Shown here: one piece after another, positions 62,381 to 64,000 of the stretch | How the letters are laid out: each line of letters begins with the position of its first letter | Position numbering within the stretch: the stretch's first letter is position 1 | Assembly (NCBI RefSeq): GCF_006345805.1 | Contig: NC_043011.1 | Span: forward strand, 56,928,464 to 56,992,463 | Length of the DNA: 64,000 nt | Source of the DNA: Octopus sinensis | Taxonomy: Eukaryota | Reading direction: 5' to 3' | Position numbers and translations under genes: made by a program | The notes under the pieces: model-generated | The model's input: the letters and a program-made list of their open reading frames with translations, nothing else | Told to the model about the DNA's origin: nothing | Databases searched by the model: none

Positions 62381-62649
62381 GAACTTATTTTAACATTAAA
62401 CAGAATTTATTACTCAATACTTTTCAGCAGAGTACAGTAAAACGGTTGACAGTGACTTTGAAGTCCCAGCTTATTCACTGTCACCAGGCTGTGTTTTATT
62501 TTTGCTTTTTCTGAGTTTTTGGTTGTTTGTCCTTTGACAGGTGGTGTAATGTAAATGAGAATCAGGTGTGGTGCTGCTAGGACAGGAAAAGTGTTTATCT
62601 AGGTATATGCGTATACGTGTGTGTGTGTGTGTATGGATGCACACACACA

Positions 62650-62692
<43 letters not shown>

Positions 62693-62810
62693 CATGTATA
62701 TGCATACCACTGAATACCTCCCTATCAAATAATGGCATATCAGCCTAGTTTGGCTTAACGATCAAAAGTGTGTTTTTGTGCTTGTGTGTGTTTGCATATA
62801 TTTGTGTTTT

Positions 62811-62842
<32 letters not shown>

Positions 62843-63007
62843 AGCATGTGTGTGTGTGTGTGTGCGTGCATGCATGTGTGTGTGTGTGTGTTAAAGTCTG
62901 TCTTAAGCCTACAAACCCATTAGGCCAGAGTGTACCCCGGTGCTCTTAACATCCAAGTGAGTGATAGCACAAGTGTCAGCCCTGAACACAACGTCAGTCT
63001 GTGGCAA

Positions 63008-63305
63008 AGTTAATTTAGCAAGACAAATTTGTCTAGACAGTTTTCTTATTCAGGCACAATGACATTCTTTTAGAAAAGGGATTGCCATAGACGGGGGGGG
63101 GGGTACTGCAGGGACGGAGCAGAGGATACTGTGTCGTTCCTGACCTATATGAAGACATAACCAACTACGTTGGACCCCCAGCATGTCATTGCTATTTCAC
63201 CAATTAAATTAATGTCATCTGCATTGTTAGATCATTTGATATCAGCTTCTTTTTTTCTCCATGAATATCTGAGCCATTTACGATATTTATTCTTCATGTG
63301 TATTT
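63008..63305 (+). repeat. Dispersed repeat, copy 2 (partner 57925-58240)
   Basis: Colinear similarity, roughly 75% by eye. Confidence 0.7.
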
Positions 63306-63329
63306 AATGGATATAAAAGTGAAGGGAAG

Positions 63330-63480
63330 GCCGCTTCGTTGGGGAATTTCCCTTCCCAGTCACATACTTTCAGGTTCGGTCCTACTTTGTAGCACTTTGG
63401 ACAAGTGTTTTCAACTGTAGCTCCAGGCTGACCAAAGCCATGTGAGTTGATTTAGGAGATGGAAACTAAAAGAAGCCCAT
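63330..63480 (+). mobile_element. Family A SINE head, decayed
   Basis: CAGGTTCGGTCCTAC..GCTGACCAAAGCCATGTGAG..GATGGAAACTAAAAGAAGCCCATC. Confidence 0.65.
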
Positions 63481-63559
63481 CTCATATATATATATATATT
63501 ATATATATATATATATATATATGATAGATCGTTAACCATGATAGGCCGTTAGCCACTAC

Positions 63560-63720
63560 ACACATTTTTTTCTCTCCTTGTTTTTTCTGTGTCCCTTTCT
63601 GTAGAAGAGCGTAGGCTCGAAACGTAAAAGACTTTTTCTATTCCTGAGCATTATACTAGTACATCTGTTTGTTTTGTACACCACCTGTCTTTGTCTTTTG
63701 TTTTTTTCGTAAACTCTCCC
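63560..63720 (+). mobile_element. Family H2 repeat with hammerhead-like motif
   Basis: CTTT-CTGTAGA-AGAGC-GTAG-GCTC-GAAACGT-A-AAAG at 63595-63630; (TA)n on both sides. Confidence 0.5.
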
Positions 63721-63789
63721 GATATATATGCATATGTATGTAGGTATTTGTGTGTGTATCACTCTCTCCTTGGCTTGACATCATCGCAT

Positions 63790-63995
63790 GATAGTTGTAA
63801 CTGAGTGTCACTGTCAATACAAGGGGTATCCTTTATTTCCAGTCTTTAGAGAGTTATCTGGCCATGGGGGCAATATTACTTGGCTTGGAAACAGGTGAGG
63901 GTTGGTGACAGGAAAGGCATCCAGTCATAGAAAACCTGCCTCAGTAAGCTTTGTTCACCTTATGCAAGCATGGAAAAGTAGACATTAAAATGAAA
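63790..63995 (+). mobile_element. Family D-related element, decayed
   Basis: GGTTGGTGACAGGAAAGGCATCCAGTCATAGAAAA..GCAAGCATGGAAAAGTAGACATTAAA. Confidence 0.6.
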
Positions 63996-64000
63996 CAACA

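Overview
AT-rich eukaryotic DNA, dense in microsatellites and transposon relics. The repeat families (tRNA-headed SINEs with internal (TA)n/(TG)n tracts, (GAT)n-tailed short elements, TTAA-flanked MITEs) look like those of octopus (coleoid cephalopod) genomes; this is inference from recalled repeat sequences, not a database match. There is no intact protein-coding gene. Almost all ORFs in the supplied track are translations of microsatellites or SINEs. Real protein similarity is limited to mobile-element relics: a young 5'-truncated CR1-type LINE (56.1-56.9 kb), an R4/Dong-type endonuclease LINE 3' end (14.0-14.6 kb), several RTE and CR1/L2 fragments, a near full-length decayed pogo/Tigger (jerky-like) transposase (50.7-52.4 kb) and a decayed hAT Buster-type transposase (17.3-18.6 kb). 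One 34-nt segment at 45818-45851 has a complete set of splice signals, so the window may be intronic to a + strand gene. The most unusual items are: (1) a 105-nt hairpin whose mismatches are almost all G:U on one strand; (2) five minimal hammerhead-ribozyme-like motifs with a compensatory base change; (3) a tandem pair of 247-bp foldbacks; (4) a 347-bp tandem array joined to a young CpG-rich element; (5) signs that several retroposons target (ATT)n tracts. None of these is shown to be a new system; each needs the checks listed. Repeat boundaries are read by eye and are approximate unless stated as exact.
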